DNA of 64,000 bases from Candidatus Latescibacterota bacterium (lineage in GTDB: Bacteria; Latescibacterota; UBA2968; GCA-2709665). The first letter of the stretch is position 1. Every line of letters starts with the position of its first letter. The position numbers were made by a program, and so were the translations under genes. Of the stretch, positions 40,721 to 51,055 are shown piece after piece. Where the stretch lies: assembly GCA_965208835.1 (NCBI GenBank), contig OZ242358.1, positions 128,001-192,000 on the forward strand, written 5' to 3'. Under the pieces are notes generated by a model that was not told where the DNA came from, made no database searches, and saw only the letters and a program-made list of their open reading frames with translations.

Positions 40721-40799
40721 GGGGTAGTAGCTCAGCATTGGTGAGAGTGCAGGCCTGTCAAGCCTGAGGTCGCGGGTTCGAGTCCCGTCTACCCCGCCA
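40721..40799 (+). tRNA. tRNA-Asp (GTC)
   Basis: Acceptor stem GGGGTAG/CTACCCC, discriminator G plus CCA; anticodon arm CAGGC-CTGTCAA-GCCTG; T-arm GCGGGTTCGAGTCCCGT. Confidence 0.96.
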
Positions 40800-40899
40800 T
40801 TAATCGGTCTCTAAACCGCGTCCCGAATTTTGCGGGACTGCAGATTCCCACCACTTCTCCCCCTGGGGAAGGGTGGTTTTTTGTGTATGTGCTGGTCAT

Positions 40900-40928
40900 G
40901 CCCGACTCAACGCAGGGTCGGGCTTTTT
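40900..40928 (+). terminator. Intrinsic terminator downstream of tRNA-Asp (one of three hairpin+T tracts)
   Basis: GCCCGAC-N10-GTCGGGC-TTTTT. Confidence 0.55.
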
Positions 40929-41031
40929 GGCGTTGGCGCAGATTTTGGGATCTGTGCCGCTTTTTTCGTCTTTTACCGCCGCCGTCTCCGCGTTCAGAAT
41001 CGTGACGGAGGACGGCCCATGGGAAACTTGA

Positions 41032-44000
41032 ATGTCGATCAGGCAGATATACGACACGATGGTGAAGTCGCGGCCGTTTGAGGAACTGGCGCGTCTGGTC
41101 ACCGCCCGAACGCCCGAAATTCCCGTGCGCGGGCTCCCGGGTTCGCTGACTGCGTTCGGCATTGCCTGTGTTGAGGAGTCCACGCCCGGTCCCGTATTGG
41201 TCGTGTGCGCTTCGGAGGACCGGGCAGAAGAAGTGCGTGACGATATGGAACGCATACTCGGCGCGGCGCGGGTCGGCATATTCCCGGCCTGGGGTGGGTC
41301 CCCATACGACCACCGGTCGCCTCATCTCGACGTGATGGGGCTTCGGCTGGAGTCGCTGGACCAGTTGCGGGGGCAGGGTGACGGGGTTGTGGTAGCGCCC
41401 GTGGAGGCTCTGATGAGCCATACCCTGCCGCCCGACCTGTATGATCTGGCAGTGCAGGAGATAAGGGTCGGAGAGGAGATTGCGCCTGGTAGACTGGCGG
41501 AACATCTGGTGGATGTCGGCTATGAGCGCGTCACCCTGGTCGGCGGGGTGGGTCAGTTCAGCGTGAGGGGCGGGATTCTGGACGTCTGCTCGTTTGGCAG
41601 CACGCATCCGGTCCGGATTGAGTTTTTCGGCGATGAGGTGGAGTCGATTCGAGCGTTCGATCTGGGTACGCAGCGGTCGGTGGCAAAGCGCGAAGACGTG
41701 CGGGTGCTGCCGTGCCGCGAGGCAGTCCTGACAGAGACACTGTCGGACGTGTTTGAGGACCATCTGGACGAAGCGGAACGGGAGCTTGGGACGGGCCTTG
41801 ACGGACTTCGTGAATTGATGGAGAGTCAGGGCGCGTTCGACGGGCTCGAGCATTACCTGGGCGTTCTGTACAGGGACAACACCTGCCTGCTGGACCACGT
41901 CTCGGAAGGTTATATCGTCGTGGACGACCCGGCTGCCGTGGAGACGGCCGCGGCTGACGACTGGGCCCGGGTGGAGGTGGCGGCACGGCGCCAGAAGAAG
42001 AGACGGGGAGAGCCGGAGCCGCTTCCGGCGGGTTCCGTCGCCAGTCATCCGGAGTCGATCCTGAATCGGGTGGCCGGTATGCGCAGGGTCCTGAACTGGC
42101 CTCTGGGCGGACCGTCTGAGGATGGTGTCCACTTTTCCGGCATTGGCGGACGGCGATACGAGGGCCATCTGGAAACGTTGAAGGAGGACTTGAGGAGACA
42201 TTGGCAGGCGGATTACGAGGTGGTGCTGTTGTGCGAGAGCCAGGGCCAGAAAGCGCGGTTCGAAGAACTGCTCGAAGAAGAGGAGAACCTGATAACGATT
42301 TACGTGGGGACTCTGCACAGCGGTTTTACGTATACGTCCCCTACGGCGCGTGTTGCTGTGCTGAACGATCATGAGATTTATACCCTCGCGCGCCGCCGCC
42401 GCCGTTACAGGCGATTTAAGGACGCCACGCCAATTCGCAGCATTTCAAGCCTCCGGGCCGGCGATTTCGTGGTACACGTGGACCACGGAATCGGGCGGTA
42501 CGAAGGAATTGAACATCTCACGGTCGACGGAGTCCGGCAGGACTGTCTGGCGATGTACTATCGAGGCGGGGACCGGGTGTTCGTGCCGGTCGACCAGATG
42601 GACCGGGTGCAGAAATACGCGGGACAGGACGGAATCGTTCCGGCGCTGAGCAAGCTGGGTACGGCAGCGTGGGAACGCGTAAAGGAAAAGGCCAAAAAAG
42701 AGGTCTTCAAGATGGCAGGCGAGTTGCTGTCCCTCTATGCGGAGCGAAAAGCAACACCGGGAATCGAGTTTTCGGATGACAGCGCATTCCAGAAAGCCCT
42801 GGAAGCGTCGTTTCCGTACCAGGAGACGCGGGATCAGCTCCAGACAATCAGCGACGTAAAAAAAGACATGGAACAATCGGCGCCGATGGATCGGCTGGTG
42901 TGCGGCGACGTCGGATACGGGAAGACCGAAGTGGCGGTACGGGCGGCGTTCAAGGCGGTGGCCGATGGCAAGCAGGTTGCGGTTCTGGCGCCCACCACCA
43001 TTCTCGCGCAGCAGCACTATCGCACGTTCAAGGAGCGGTTGGACGGCCTTCCGGTGACGGTCGACGTTTTGAGCCGGTTCCGAACGTCCCGGGAGCTCAG
43101 GTTGGCGCTGGACGGTCTCGCCGCCGGACGGGTGGACGTTGCGGTCGGTACACACCGCATGCTTTCGCAGGACGTCAGGTTTCGGGATCTGGGATTGCTC
43201 GTGATCGATGAAGAGCACCGGTTCGGTGTGCGCCACAAGGAGCGGCTCAAGCAGATTCGGCGGCAAGTGGATGTGCTGACGTTGACGGCGACACCGATTC
43301 CCAGGACGCTTCACATGTCCCTGATGGGCGCCCGGGATATGTCCATCATCCGTACGCCTCCCAAAGACCGGCTGCCAATCACGACCGAAGTCCTGCCGTT
43401 CGACGAGGAGCGGGTCGCGGAGGCTGTTCTGCGGGAGGTTGACCGGGGGGGACAGGTGTACTTCGTACACAACAGGGTGCAGTCGATGCCGGCCATCGTG
43501 AATTTTCTTGAAGGGCTTGTACCGCAGGTGCGGTTCGGAGTAGCCCATGGCCAGATGCCGGAAAGGCAGCTCGAAAAGGTCATGATGGATTTTCTGGACG
43601 CCAGGTACGACTGCCTGATTTCCACGATGATCATCGAATCGGGGTTGGATATCCCCAGCGTGAACACGCTGATTGTGAACCGCGCGGACCGCATGGGACT
43701 CGCGCAACTCTACCAGCTTCGCGGCCGCGTGGGCCGTTCCGCGCGGCAGGCGTTCGCGTATCTTCTGATTCCATCGTGGAAGTCCCTGAAAAAGCCGGCC
43801 GTGCGTCGCCTGCGCGCCATCGAGGAGTTTGCGGACCTTGGCTCGGGTTTCAATATCTCCATGCGGGACATGGAGATTCGGGGAACCGGCAATCTGCTGG
43901 GTGCGCAGCAGCATGGGCACATTACCGCAGTCGGCTTCGAGCTCTATTGCCGGCTGCTGGACGAGGCGATCGCCCAGATCCACGGCAACGAGACCGAGCC

Positions 44001-44442
44001 CGCGTCGGAGCCGGAGGTGCAGGTGTCCGTATCGGCCTATATTCCTGAAACCTATATATCGGACGAAGATCTCAAGATGCAGTTCTACCAGCGCCTTGGT
44101 GACTGCCGGCAGACGGTTGAGGTCCTGGCGCTGGAAGAGGAAATGGCGGATCGGTTCGGTCCGTTACCCGACCCCGCTGCGGCGCTGCTGGATACAATAT
44201 CCGTACGGATACTGGCGCGCCAGCTTCGCGCGGACACGGTACGCACGGGTCGAACGCTGTCGGTCGTGTTTCCCGGGGATCGAATGCTGACGCGGAAGCA
44301 GGTGGAAGCCTGGATTGCGGCTGCGCCCGTCCCACTGCAGTTTTCCCTGGGTGAGCGGGTGCTGATCGAGGCGGAACTGGAGGGCGCAGGCCCCCGGGAA
44401 CGCCTTGCAAATGCCAAAAAGGTGTTGCAGAGCCTCGTCTGA
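41032..44442 (+). CDS. mfd: Transcription-repair coupling factor
   Basis: SVRGGILD, RID GDFVVHVDHGIG, DRLVCGDVGYGKT, DEEHRFG, QLRGRVGR, TRCF C-terminal domain. Confidence 0.97.
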   Translation: MSIRQIYDTMVKSRPFEELARLVTARTPEIPVRGLPGSLTAFGIACVEESTPGPVLVVCASEDRAEEVRDDMERILGAARVGIFPAWGGSPYDHRSPHLDVMGLRLESLDQLRGQGDGVVVAPVEALMSHTLPPDLYDLAVQEIRVGEEIAPGRLAEHLVDVGYERVTLVGGVGQFSVRGGILDVCSFGSTHPVRIEFFGDEVESIRAFDLGTQRSVAKREDVRVLPCREAVLTETLSDVFEDHLDEAERELGTGLDGLRELMESQGAFDGLEHYLGVLYRDNTCLLDHVSEGYIVVDDPAAVETAAADDWARVEVAARRQKKRRGEPEPLPAGSVASHPESILNRVAGMRRVLNWPLGGPSEDGVHFSGIGGRRYEGHLETLKEDLRRHWQADYEVVLLCESQGQKARFEELLEEEENLITIYVGTLHSGFTYTSPTARVAVLNDHEIYTLARRRRRYRRFKDATPIRSISSLRAGDFVVHVDHGIGRYEGIEHLTVDGVRQDCLAMYYRGGDRVFVPVDQMDRVQKYAGQDGIVPALSKLGTAAWERVKEKAKKEVFKMAGELLSLYAERKATPGIEFSDDSAFQKALEASFPYQETRDQLQTISDVKKDMEQSAPMDRLVCGDVGYGKTEVAVRAAFKAVADGKQVAVLAPTTILAQQHYRTFKERLDGLPVTVDVLSRFRTSRELRLALDGLAAGRVDVAVGTHRMLSQDVRFRDLGLLVIDEEHRFGVRHKERLKQIRRQVDVLTLTATPIPRTLHMSLMGARDMSIIRTPPKDRLPITTEVLPFDEERVAEAVLREVDRGGQVYFVHNRVQSMPAIVNFLEGLVPQVRFGVAHGQMPERQLEKVMMDFLDARYDCLISTMIIESGLDIPSVNTLIVNRADRMGLAQLYQLRGRVGRSARQAFAYLLIPSWKSLKKPAVRRLRAIEEFADLGSGFNISMRDMEIRGTGNLLGAQQHGHITAVGFELYCRLLDEAIAQIHGNETEPASEPEVQVSVSAYIPETYISDEDLKMQFYQRLGDCRQTVEVLALEEEMADRFGPLPDPAAALLDTISVRILARQLRADTVRTGRTLSVVFPGDRMLTRKQVEAWIAAAPVPLQFSLGERVLIEAELEGAGPRERLANAKKVLQSLV

Positions 44443-44586
44443 ACGGATATATTCCCGGCCGACGTCCGGAACAGAACATTCGGAACCAGACGACGCCCTG
44501 GCAGTCAAATAATAGCGACGGGATGGAGGCACATTCTCCCCGCGAGAGCTGCGGTGGACGAATCTCAAATTCGGAGACGGAACCGT

Positions 44587-45864
44587 ATGAAAAAAGGCCT
44601 TTTAACAGGCGCGTGGGGTGCTGTGCCGGCGGCGGTGGCGTTGATCTGCGCGGCGAACGCCGCGGCAAAACCGCAACTGCTGGACCAGATCGTCGCGGTT
44701 GTGGACGATCAGATCGTATTGCGTTCAGACGTGATGTCGAGCATGGCGCTGGTTGCCATGCAGCAGGGGCTGAGCCGGGAAGACCTCACGCCGGACAGGG
44801 TCAAGGAATTGTTCGAGGTTATTCTGGGAAACATGATCCAGGAAAAACTCCTGCTGGCCAGGGCGGAGCAGGACAGTATCGAGGTGGACCAGGAGGTCAT
44901 CGAGCGCGCGGTCAGGTCACGCGTCCGGGAACTCAAGACGGAGCATGGCGAAGAGGCGTTTGCCAGCCAGCTTGCCGAAGGCGGGGTAACCGAAAGGGAC
45001 CTGCGCGAACAGTACCGGCAGGAGTTTCGGAAAGATTTCCTTCGACAGCGGATGTACACGAGCCTCAGCCAGCAGGTCGACGTTTCGTTCAAGGACGTTC
45101 AGGATTATAAAGCGCGCTACAAGGACGAGCTGCCGCCGCTGTTGAGCATCAGCCATCTCCTGGTGGCAATAGAAGCGTCCGATGACCGTGCCGAGGAAGT
45201 CAGGGCGCAAGCAAACGCGATCATCGACCGCTTGAATGAGGGCGAAGACTTCGCGACCATGGCGCAGCAGTATTCCAGCGACGCGGGAAGCCGGGAGGAC
45301 GGCGGTGACCTTGGCTATTTCCCGCGGGGACGCATGGTCCCGGCGTTTGAGGAGGCGGCCTTCTCGCTGCAGCCCGGGGAGATCAGCGCGCCGGTGAGGA
45401 CGAAGTTCGGTTACCACATCATCAAGTTGGAATCGGTGTCAGGGGACCAGGTAAGGGCGCGGCACATTCTCATTCCGCTGCAGCCCTCGGCACGGGACGT
45501 GAAGACGGCCTACGACAAAGCGTTGGGTCTGGCGAAAGAGGCTCAGGCGGGAGAGGATTTCGCGGAACTGGCTCGAGAACATTCCGCGCACGAGGAGACC
45601 GCGAAGAAGGGCGGGCGGCTTCCCGGTCCGTTCGCGCAGGATAATCTGCCATCCGAATTCGCGGACGTTCTGAAAACCATGCGCATGGGCGAAGTGAGCG
45701 CGCCGATACAGACCGAGTACGGATGGCATGTCGTAAAGGTGAATGACGATCAGGACGCCTTGAAGGGAATCATACAACAGGTGCGCCTGCAAGAGCGTTT
45801 TGACGAGGTGCTCGCGGAAACGAGGGCGCGTCTCTACGTGGAAGTTCGCCCGTACGATTTGTGA
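44587..45864 (+). CDS. surA: SurA-like periplasmic peptidyl-prolyl isomerase/chaperone
   Basis: Signal peptide, DQIVAVVDDQIVL, two parvulin domains (GGDLGYF, TKFGYHII; TEYGWHVV). Confidence 0.85.
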   Translation: MKKGLLTGAWGAVPAAVALICAANAAAKPQLLDQIVAVVDDQIVLRSDVMSSMALVAMQQGLSREDLTPDRVKELFEVILGNMIQEKLLLARAEQDSIEVDQEVIERAVRSRVRELKTEHGEEAFASQLAEGGVTERDLREQYRQEFRKDFLRQRMYTSLSQQVDVSFKDVQDYKARYKDELPPLLSISHLLVAIEASDDRAEEVRAQANAIIDRLNEGEDFATMAQQYSSDAGSREDGGDLGYFPRGRMVPAFEEAAFSLQPGEISAPVRTKFGYHIIKLESVSGDQVRARHILIPLQPSARDVKTAYDKALGLAKEAQAGEDFAELAREHSAHEETAKKGGRLPGPFAQDNLPSEFADVLKTMRMGEVSAPIQTEYGWHVVKVNDDQDALKGIIQQVRLQERFDEVLAETRARLYVEVRPYDL

Positions 45865-45952
45865 TACGGAACCGGGCTTCAGAAGTGCTGCCGCCCGGTC
45901 CGTTGGCGCAAAACTCCTCAATCAGGATTCGGCGACGCGCGTCTAATTCGAT

Positions 45953-46225
45953 ATGCGGCTCGACTTGTACCTGAAGCGATGTTGTTTGACACGTCGGCGT
46001 TCCGAGGCAAAACGCGCCTGCGAGAACGGGATCGTGATGCTGGACGGGCGGCGGGCGAAGCCGGGTCAGGCCGTAAGTCCTGGCAGACGGGTGAGCATTT
46101 CCTTTCTGGATCGATACCTGGAGCTGGAGATTCTCAAGCTTCCCGCCGGGAACGTATCCAAGGCGGAGGCCAGAGCTTATTATGAAGTGCTTCGGGACGA
46201 AGCACGCGAGGTCACCGACTTTTAG
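45953..46225 (+). CDS. S4-domain RNA-binding protein (Hsp15/RqcP-like)
   Basis: MRLDLYLK...RRSEAKRACENG...KPG. Confidence 0.88.
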   Translation: MRLDLYLKRCCLTRRRSEAKRACENGIVMLDGRRAKPGQAVSPGRRVSISFLDRYLELEILKLPAGNVSKAEARAYYEVLRDEAREVTDF

Positions 46226-46257
46226 TGATACACATAGACTGAACGTCAAAGCGTCGA

Positions 46258-46287
46258 GTCCCGCCCTGGGGGGCGGGGCATTTTTTT
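46258..46287 (+). terminator. Intrinsic terminator
   Basis: GTCCCGCCC-TGGG-GGGCGGGGC-A-TTTTTTT. Confidence 0.7.
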
Positions 46288-46350
46288 CGCCTGCCCGGAT
46301 GCGAGGGCGTGTCGTTTGCCCTTTAACTTTGACCTGTTTATATTGGAGTT

Positions 46351-47121
46351 ATGTTCGGACGAAAAAAAGAAAAAAGCTGGGCGCAACCCTACACCAGGCT
46401 TGCGCAGATTTACGATTATGTGATGCGGCACGTGGACTATGTGCAGTGGGCGGACTACATCGAGGCCGTCTTCGCCAGACATAACTTGTCGCCGACACGG
46501 GTGCTTGACCTCGCGTGCGGCACGGGCAGCATGGCGTTGGAACTGCGAAAACGGCACTACCGCGTTAACGGCGCGGACGGTTGCCGTGAGATGCTGGACG
46601 TGGCCGAGGAAAAGTCCCGCAAAGCGGGGCAGAATATCGAATTCTTCCACAGAAATCTGCTGGACCTGTCGGGTCTGCCGCGGTTCGAAGCGGCGCTGTG
46701 CCTGTACGACAGCGTGAATTACCTCATGACCATCGAGGACGTCGCCGTGGCGCTGAGAGGGGTCCACAAGCTCCTGCTGCCGAACGGCATATTCGTCTTC
46801 GACGTTTGTACCGAGTCGAACTCGCTCCGATATTTTCGAAAGCTGACGGACAAGGACGGCGGGGACGGGTTCACTTACGTCCGCGAGAGCTTCTACAGGA
46901 ACGGGATTCAGTTCAATCGATTCAAGATCCGGTTCAAGCAGACGGACGAGTCCGTGGAAGAGGAACATCGCCAGCGTATATATGCACTGTCGGACATATT
47001 GACCGCTCTCGAACAGTCACCGTTTTCGCTGGAAGGAACCTACGACGGATTCGGTTTTTGCGGGCCGGACGAAGATTCGGACCGGGTGCATTTCGTACTG
47101 CGGAAAGTCGCCGCGGGATGA
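46351..47121 (+). CDS. Class I SAM-dependent methyltransferase
   Basis: YDYVM, VLDLACGTG, CLYDSVNY, GIFVFD. Confidence 0.9.
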   Translation: MFGRKKEKSWAQPYTRLAQIYDYVMRHVDYVQWADYIEAVFARHNLSPTRVLDLACGTGSMALELRKRHYRVNGADGCREMLDVAEEKSRKAGQNIEFFHRNLLDLSGLPRFEAALCLYDSVNYLMTIEDVAVALRGVHKLLLPNGIFVFDVCTESNSLRYFRKLTDKDGGDGFTYVRESFYRNGIQFNRFKIRFKQTDESVEEEHRQRIYALSDILTALEQSPFSLEGTYDGFGFCGPDEDSDRVHFVLRKVAAG

Positions 47122-47165
47122 ATCGTCGGTCGAATGGTGAGGAATTTTTTGGGGCAGAACACCAG
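47114..47165. mobile_element. Remnant end of MITE family C
   Basis: CGGGATGAATCGTCGGTCGAATGGTGAGGAATTTTTTGGGGCAGAACACCAG matches the end of 23064-23250; contains the methyltransferase stop. Confidence 0.7.
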
Positions 47166-47176
47166 CTGGAGGTTCT

Positions 47177-47845
47177 GTGATTGCGCTTCGGCAGGTTGGC
47201 GTGGAACAGCAGGGGCGCCGTATCCTGGCAGATGTGGATTTCGAAATCGAACGGGGTGAATTCGCCTTTCTGCTGGGTCCGACCGGGTCTGGCAAGAGTA
47301 CGATCCTGCAACTGATTCTGTTCGAGAGGCGGCCAACATCCGGTGTGGTTATGGTGGGCGGTTACGACTCGGAGTCGATCCGGGAACGTGATATCCCGGC
47401 GTTGCGGCGAAGCGTAAGTATGGTTTCTCAGAACCACCGTCTGCTGCAGGATCGGACAGTCTACGAGAACGTGGCATTTGCCATGGAAGTAACAGGCACG
47501 CCACGCTCGGCCGTCAGGCGGCGCACCCACACACTGCTGGCCGACGTTGAGCTGATGCATAGACGTTCCGTCCGTCCCGGCGCGTTATCCGGGGGCGAAC
47601 AGCAGCAACTGGCGATTGCGCGGGCGCTGGCAAATGAACCGTTTGTCCTTCTGGCGGACGAACCCACGGCCAACCTGGATCCGGAGACGACGGATCTCGT
47701 ATTGCGCATTCTGGCAGAGGTCCAGTCGCGAGGAACCACGGTACTGGCGGCAACGCATAACGAAGCCCTGGTGTCGGGGCGGCGCCAGCGGGTGCTTCGG
47801 CTGGAGGATGGGAGGATCGCGGGCGGGGGCGTGAGCCGGCCGTAG
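47177..47845 (+). CDS. ftsE: Cell division ATP-binding protein FtsE
   Basis: GPTGSGKST, IPALRR, LSGGEQQ, LADEPT; upstream of ftsX. Confidence 0.9.
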   Translation: MIALRQVGVEQQGRRILADVDFEIERGEFAFLLGPTGSGKSTILQLILFERRPTSGVVMVGGYDSESIRERDIPALRRSVSMVSQNHRLLQDRTVYENVAFAMEVTGTPRSAVRRRTHTLLADVELMHRRSVRPGALSGGEQQQLAIARALANEPFVLLADEPTANLDPETTDLVLRILAEVQSRGTTVLAATHNEALVSGRRQRVLRLEDGRIAGGGVSRP

Positions 47846-47883
47846 CCCGGATGGACTCTTCCAACGGGCTGTCAGGGGGGAAA

Positions 47884-48741
47884 ATGGCGATTCTGATGGC
47901 GTTCAGGGAGGCAATGAGGGGGCTGTGGCGTACGGGGATGGCGGGAGTTGTCTCGGGCGTGACCACAGCAGTGTCGCTGATGGTCCTGGGGATATTTGTG
48001 CTTCTGGTCGGGGGCGGGCTTACGGTCTTTGAGTCCTTACAGGCGAGAATAGAGGTGGACGTGTATCTGGACGACGGCCTCAGTCGGACGAGGGCGCTCG
48101 AATTGGTGCAGGAGTTAGAAGCGATGGCGGGCGTGGCCGCGGTCCGCTACGTAGACAAAATGGCGGCAGCTGAAGAATTCAGGTCCATGTTCGGCGACGG
48201 ACTTCTGGATGCCGTATCGCGGAACCCGCTGCCGGCATCTGTACGGGTCGTGTTGCATGCGGGGGAGGGTATGGTGAAAAACGCGCGCGCGGTCGCCGAA
48301 GCCGCGGCGAGCAGGAAGGGCGTCGAAAGCGTGGATGCGGGCGAAGCATGGCTGACCTCTCTGGACCGCGCTCGGGAGGCGGTTACCTGGATAGGGCTGT
48401 CGCTGGGCGCGGTGCTTTGTCTGGCGTGCACATTTGCCGTTGGCAACACCACCAAGCTTCTGGTACTCGCTCAGCGGGATGCGATTGAGGTGATGCGCAT
48501 GGTAGGGGCCACGGGCGGGTTCATCCGGCTGACCGTGTTGCTGGGCGGCGCCGTTCTGGGATGCACCGGAGGGGTACTGGCCGTGCTGGCGCTGTGGAGC
48601 AGTTCGCAGTGGTGGGCGGGCTGGATTCCCGGAGCGACACGGGTCGCGCCGGTTTATCCCGGATTGATCGGACTGGGGGTTCTGTTGGGCGTTCTGGGAA
48701 GCTGGGTATCGTTGAACCGTGTCTTGCGTGCGCTGACGTAG
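47884..48741 (+). CDS. ftsX: Cell division permease FtsX
   Basis: TM pattern, NPLPAS, IEVMRMVGATGGFIR. Confidence 0.88.
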   Translation: MAILMAFREAMRGLWRTGMAGVVSGVTTAVSLMVLGIFVLLVGGGLTVFESLQARIEVDVYLDDGLSRTRALELVQELEAMAGVAAVRYVDKMAAAEEFRSMFGDGLLDAVSRNPLPASVRVVLHAGEGMVKNARAVAEAAASRKGVESVDAGEAWLTSLDRAREAVTWIGLSLGAVLCLACTFAVGNTTKLLVLAQRDAIEVMRMVGATGGFIRLTVLLGGAVLGCTGGVLAVLALWSSSQWWAGWIPGATRVAPVYPGLIGLGVLLGVLGSWVSLNRVLRALT

Positions 48742-48783
48742 GGTATCGCGATCCGTACAGGTCAGCGTGGAAAAAATCTGAAC

Positions 48784-49971
48784 ATGGAAGAGAAGCATAT
48801 GCGGATCGTCGTTCTGGTACTGATGTTCCTGGCGACGGAGTCGCCGGCGGCAGCGAAGACCGACCTGCAGGAAACGCTGGCTGCGGAGCGGGCCGCGCTC
48901 GACAGCCTCAAGGTAAGGCTGGAATCCGACCGCGAGAAACTGAAACAGGCGAAATCGCGGCAGAAAGTGGTTTCTCGGGACCTGGAGCGAAAGGAACGGG
49001 ACATCGTCCGAATCAGGGGCGAACTGCGCAGACTGACGCGCCGGCAGGGAACACTGGCGAAACGACTCGGCACAGCCCGTCGCGAACTGGTCCGTGTCGA
49101 CGCGCGAAGGAAGGTGCGTGAGTACGAAATTTCCCGCCGCATGCGGGAGATGTACAAACTCGGCAGGCGGGGTACGCTCCGGATCCTCTTTTCGGCGGGT
49201 TCGTTTACCGATGCGTTCAGACGTCTTCGCTATCTTTCCAGGGTTGCGGCGCAGGATCACAGGGACTTTGAAGCGATTCAACACGATCGAAAGCGGATTT
49301 CCGGCGTCCTCAGATTGCAGGCAGTACGGCACGAACGCCAGAAGACCCTGCTCAACGTCAAACGAAGAAACGAGGACCGGTTGGCAATTCACGTCAGACG
49401 GCGGGAGTCTGAACTGGAGCGCCTCCGGCGGGATTCGGACGCCCGGGCTGAAGCGGTTCGAAAAACGCAGGCGGCCATGGCCGCGTCCAGTGAGCGGATC
49501 GGGCAGATTATCCAGGAAACCCGAGACTGGCGCGAGCATACTGCATTGCCGCGATTCGACTTTTCATCCCACCGCGGGAGACTCCCCCGGCCGGCTCCTG
49601 GTGGCGTGGTGGTGCACTTCGGTCGACACCAGGATCCTGACCTTAAGACGTGGACGTTCAATCGAGGCATCAATATCGCGGCGCCTGCCGGAGTCGAGGT
49701 TCGGGCGGTCGCTCCGGGTACGGTTGCCTTCGTGGACTGGTATCCGGGGTACGGCCAGTTCGTGTTGTTGCGCCATGCGGGCGGGTTTTATACACTCTAC
49801 GGGCATCTTTCCGAGGTGCACGTGACACTGAAACAGCCGGTGATTCAGGCAGCCGTACTTGGAACGGTGGGAAACACCGGTCGAATAGACGGCGTTCCGC
49901 AACTGCACTTTCAGATCATGCGGGGTGAGGAGCCGATAAATCCCGCGTTGTGGCTTGCAAAGAGCCAATAA
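48784..49971 (+). CDS. envC: EnvC-like murein hydrolase activator (coiled coil + degenerate M23 domain)
   Basis: Signal peptide, long coiled coil, NRGINI (HxxxD degenerate), TLYGHL; follows ftsEX. Confidence 0.8.
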   Translation: MEEKHMRIVVLVLMFLATESPAAAKTDLQETLAAERAALDSLKVRLESDREKLKQAKSRQKVVSRDLERKERDIVRIRGELRRLTRRQGTLAKRLGTARRELVRVDARRKVREYEISRRMREMYKLGRRGTLRILFSAGSFTDAFRRLRYLSRVAAQDHRDFEAIQHDRKRISGVLRLQAVRHERQKTLLNVKRRNEDRLAIHVRRRESELERLRRDSDARAEAVRKTQAAMAASSERIGQIIQETRDWREHTALPRFDFSSHRGRLPRPAPGGVVVHFGRHQDPDLKTWTFNRGINIAAPAGVEVRAVAPGTVAFVDWYPGYGQFVLLRHAGGFYTLYGHLSEVHVTLKQPVIQAAVLGTVGNTGRIDGVPQLHFQIMRGEEPINPALWLAKSQ

Positions 49972-50013
49972 TCATTGCATTGCGATTCACCGGGACAAAT
50001 GCGGAATCTGACG

Positions 50014-50973
50014 ATGGATTATACGGAAGCCATATCCTTTCTCGAGCCGGATGAACCGTACCTGCTGTCAACCCACGTCAATGCAGACTGTGACGGGATT
50101 GGGGGACTCCTGGCGCTCAGGGAGTTGCTGGTTCAGAAAAAAAGGGTCTGCCGGCTCGTTGTCAGCGACGAGACTTTGAATCCTAAGTTTGCTTTTCTAC
50201 CGGGATTTAAGCATATTGAGTTGTACGGGTCTCTTGGCGATCCGCGGCCTTTCAGCCGTGCGGTATTTGTGGACACGCCGACGCTCGACCAGCAGCGAGT
50301 GGGGGGTGTGCGTCGCCTTCTCGCAAAGCACGCCAACACGATGATTATCGATCATCACGTGGCACGCAGGCCGGAGGGCGACGTCCGAATCGTCGACAGC
50401 GCGGCCAGTTCCGCCAGCGAGTTGGTTTATCGGCTGCTTCGGGCGGCGCAGACGGAGATCAACCCTGCAACTGCCACCCAGATTTATGCGGGAATTGCTT
50501 TCGACACCAAGCTGTTCAGGGTCTCCCATCCGGAACGAGGGCTGAAGGTCTGCGGCGAACTGGTGGATTTCGGCGCGGACCCGGAAGCGATCGCGGATGC
50601 GCTGTTCGCTCGGGAGAGTCACGAAACCATGGTGACGCTCGCGGCCGCTTTGGGTACGCTGGAACTCCATTTCGACGGCCGCGTGAATACCATGGTAGTG
50701 GACCACGAGACTTACCGAAAGGGCGGCGATCCGGACCTCGTGGTGGATCACGCCATGGCAATAGACAGGGTTCAGGCGGCGATGGTTCTTAAGGAAGAGG
50801 CGCAAGGTCGGTTCCGTGTCAGCCTGCGTTCCAGGGGTGCCGTGGACGTGAACCGAATCGCAGTCGCGTTCGGCGGCGGCGGGCATATGCGTGCCTCGGG
50901 GTGCAGGATCGAAACGCCCCTTGAAGAGGCGAAACGCCTGTTGTTGGCCGAAGTAGAGAAACAGTTGCAATAG
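50014..50973 (+). CDS. DHH/DHHA1 phosphoesterase (NrnA-like nanoRNase/pAp phosphatase)
   Basis: HVNADCD, IIDHH, DT, SLRS, GGGGH. Confidence 0.88.
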   Translation: MDYTEAISFLEPDEPYLLSTHVNADCDGIGGLLALRELLVQKKRVCRLVVSDETLNPKFAFLPGFKHIELYGSLGDPRPFSRAVFVDTPTLDQQRVGGVRRLLAKHANTMIIDHHVARRPEGDVRIVDSAASSASELVYRLLRAAQTEINPATATQIYAGIAFDTKLFRVSHPERGLKVCGELVDFGADPEAIADALFARESHETMVTLAAALGTLELHFDGRVNTMVVDHETYRKGGDPDLVVDHAMAIDRVQAAMVLKEEAQGRFRVSLRSRGAVDVNRIAVAFGGGGHMRASGCRIETPLEEAKRLLLAEVEKQLQ

Positions 50974-51055
50974 TGCGGGACGATCCGTTTGCGTTGAGGC
51001 GACCCGCGGCCGGCTGTCTGATGCCCGCCCGGGTGAGGAGGAACGTGGTTCGCCC

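Noticed and set aside
40721-41031. Prophage or island integrated at tRNA-Asp
   Set aside because: No integrase and no duplicated tRNA 3' end seen; mfd follows directly.
40789-43983. Long minus-strand ORFs (527 and 512 aa)
   Set aside because: Antisense shadows of mfd, typical of high-GC coding DNA. The same applies to 4250-5659, 6746-8140, 35099-36361, 39050-40303 and 48115-49539.
49640-49810. Active M23 peptidase call for 48784-49971
   Set aside because: The first zinc motif HxxxD is replaced by NRGIN; the ftsEX context indicates an EnvC-like activator.
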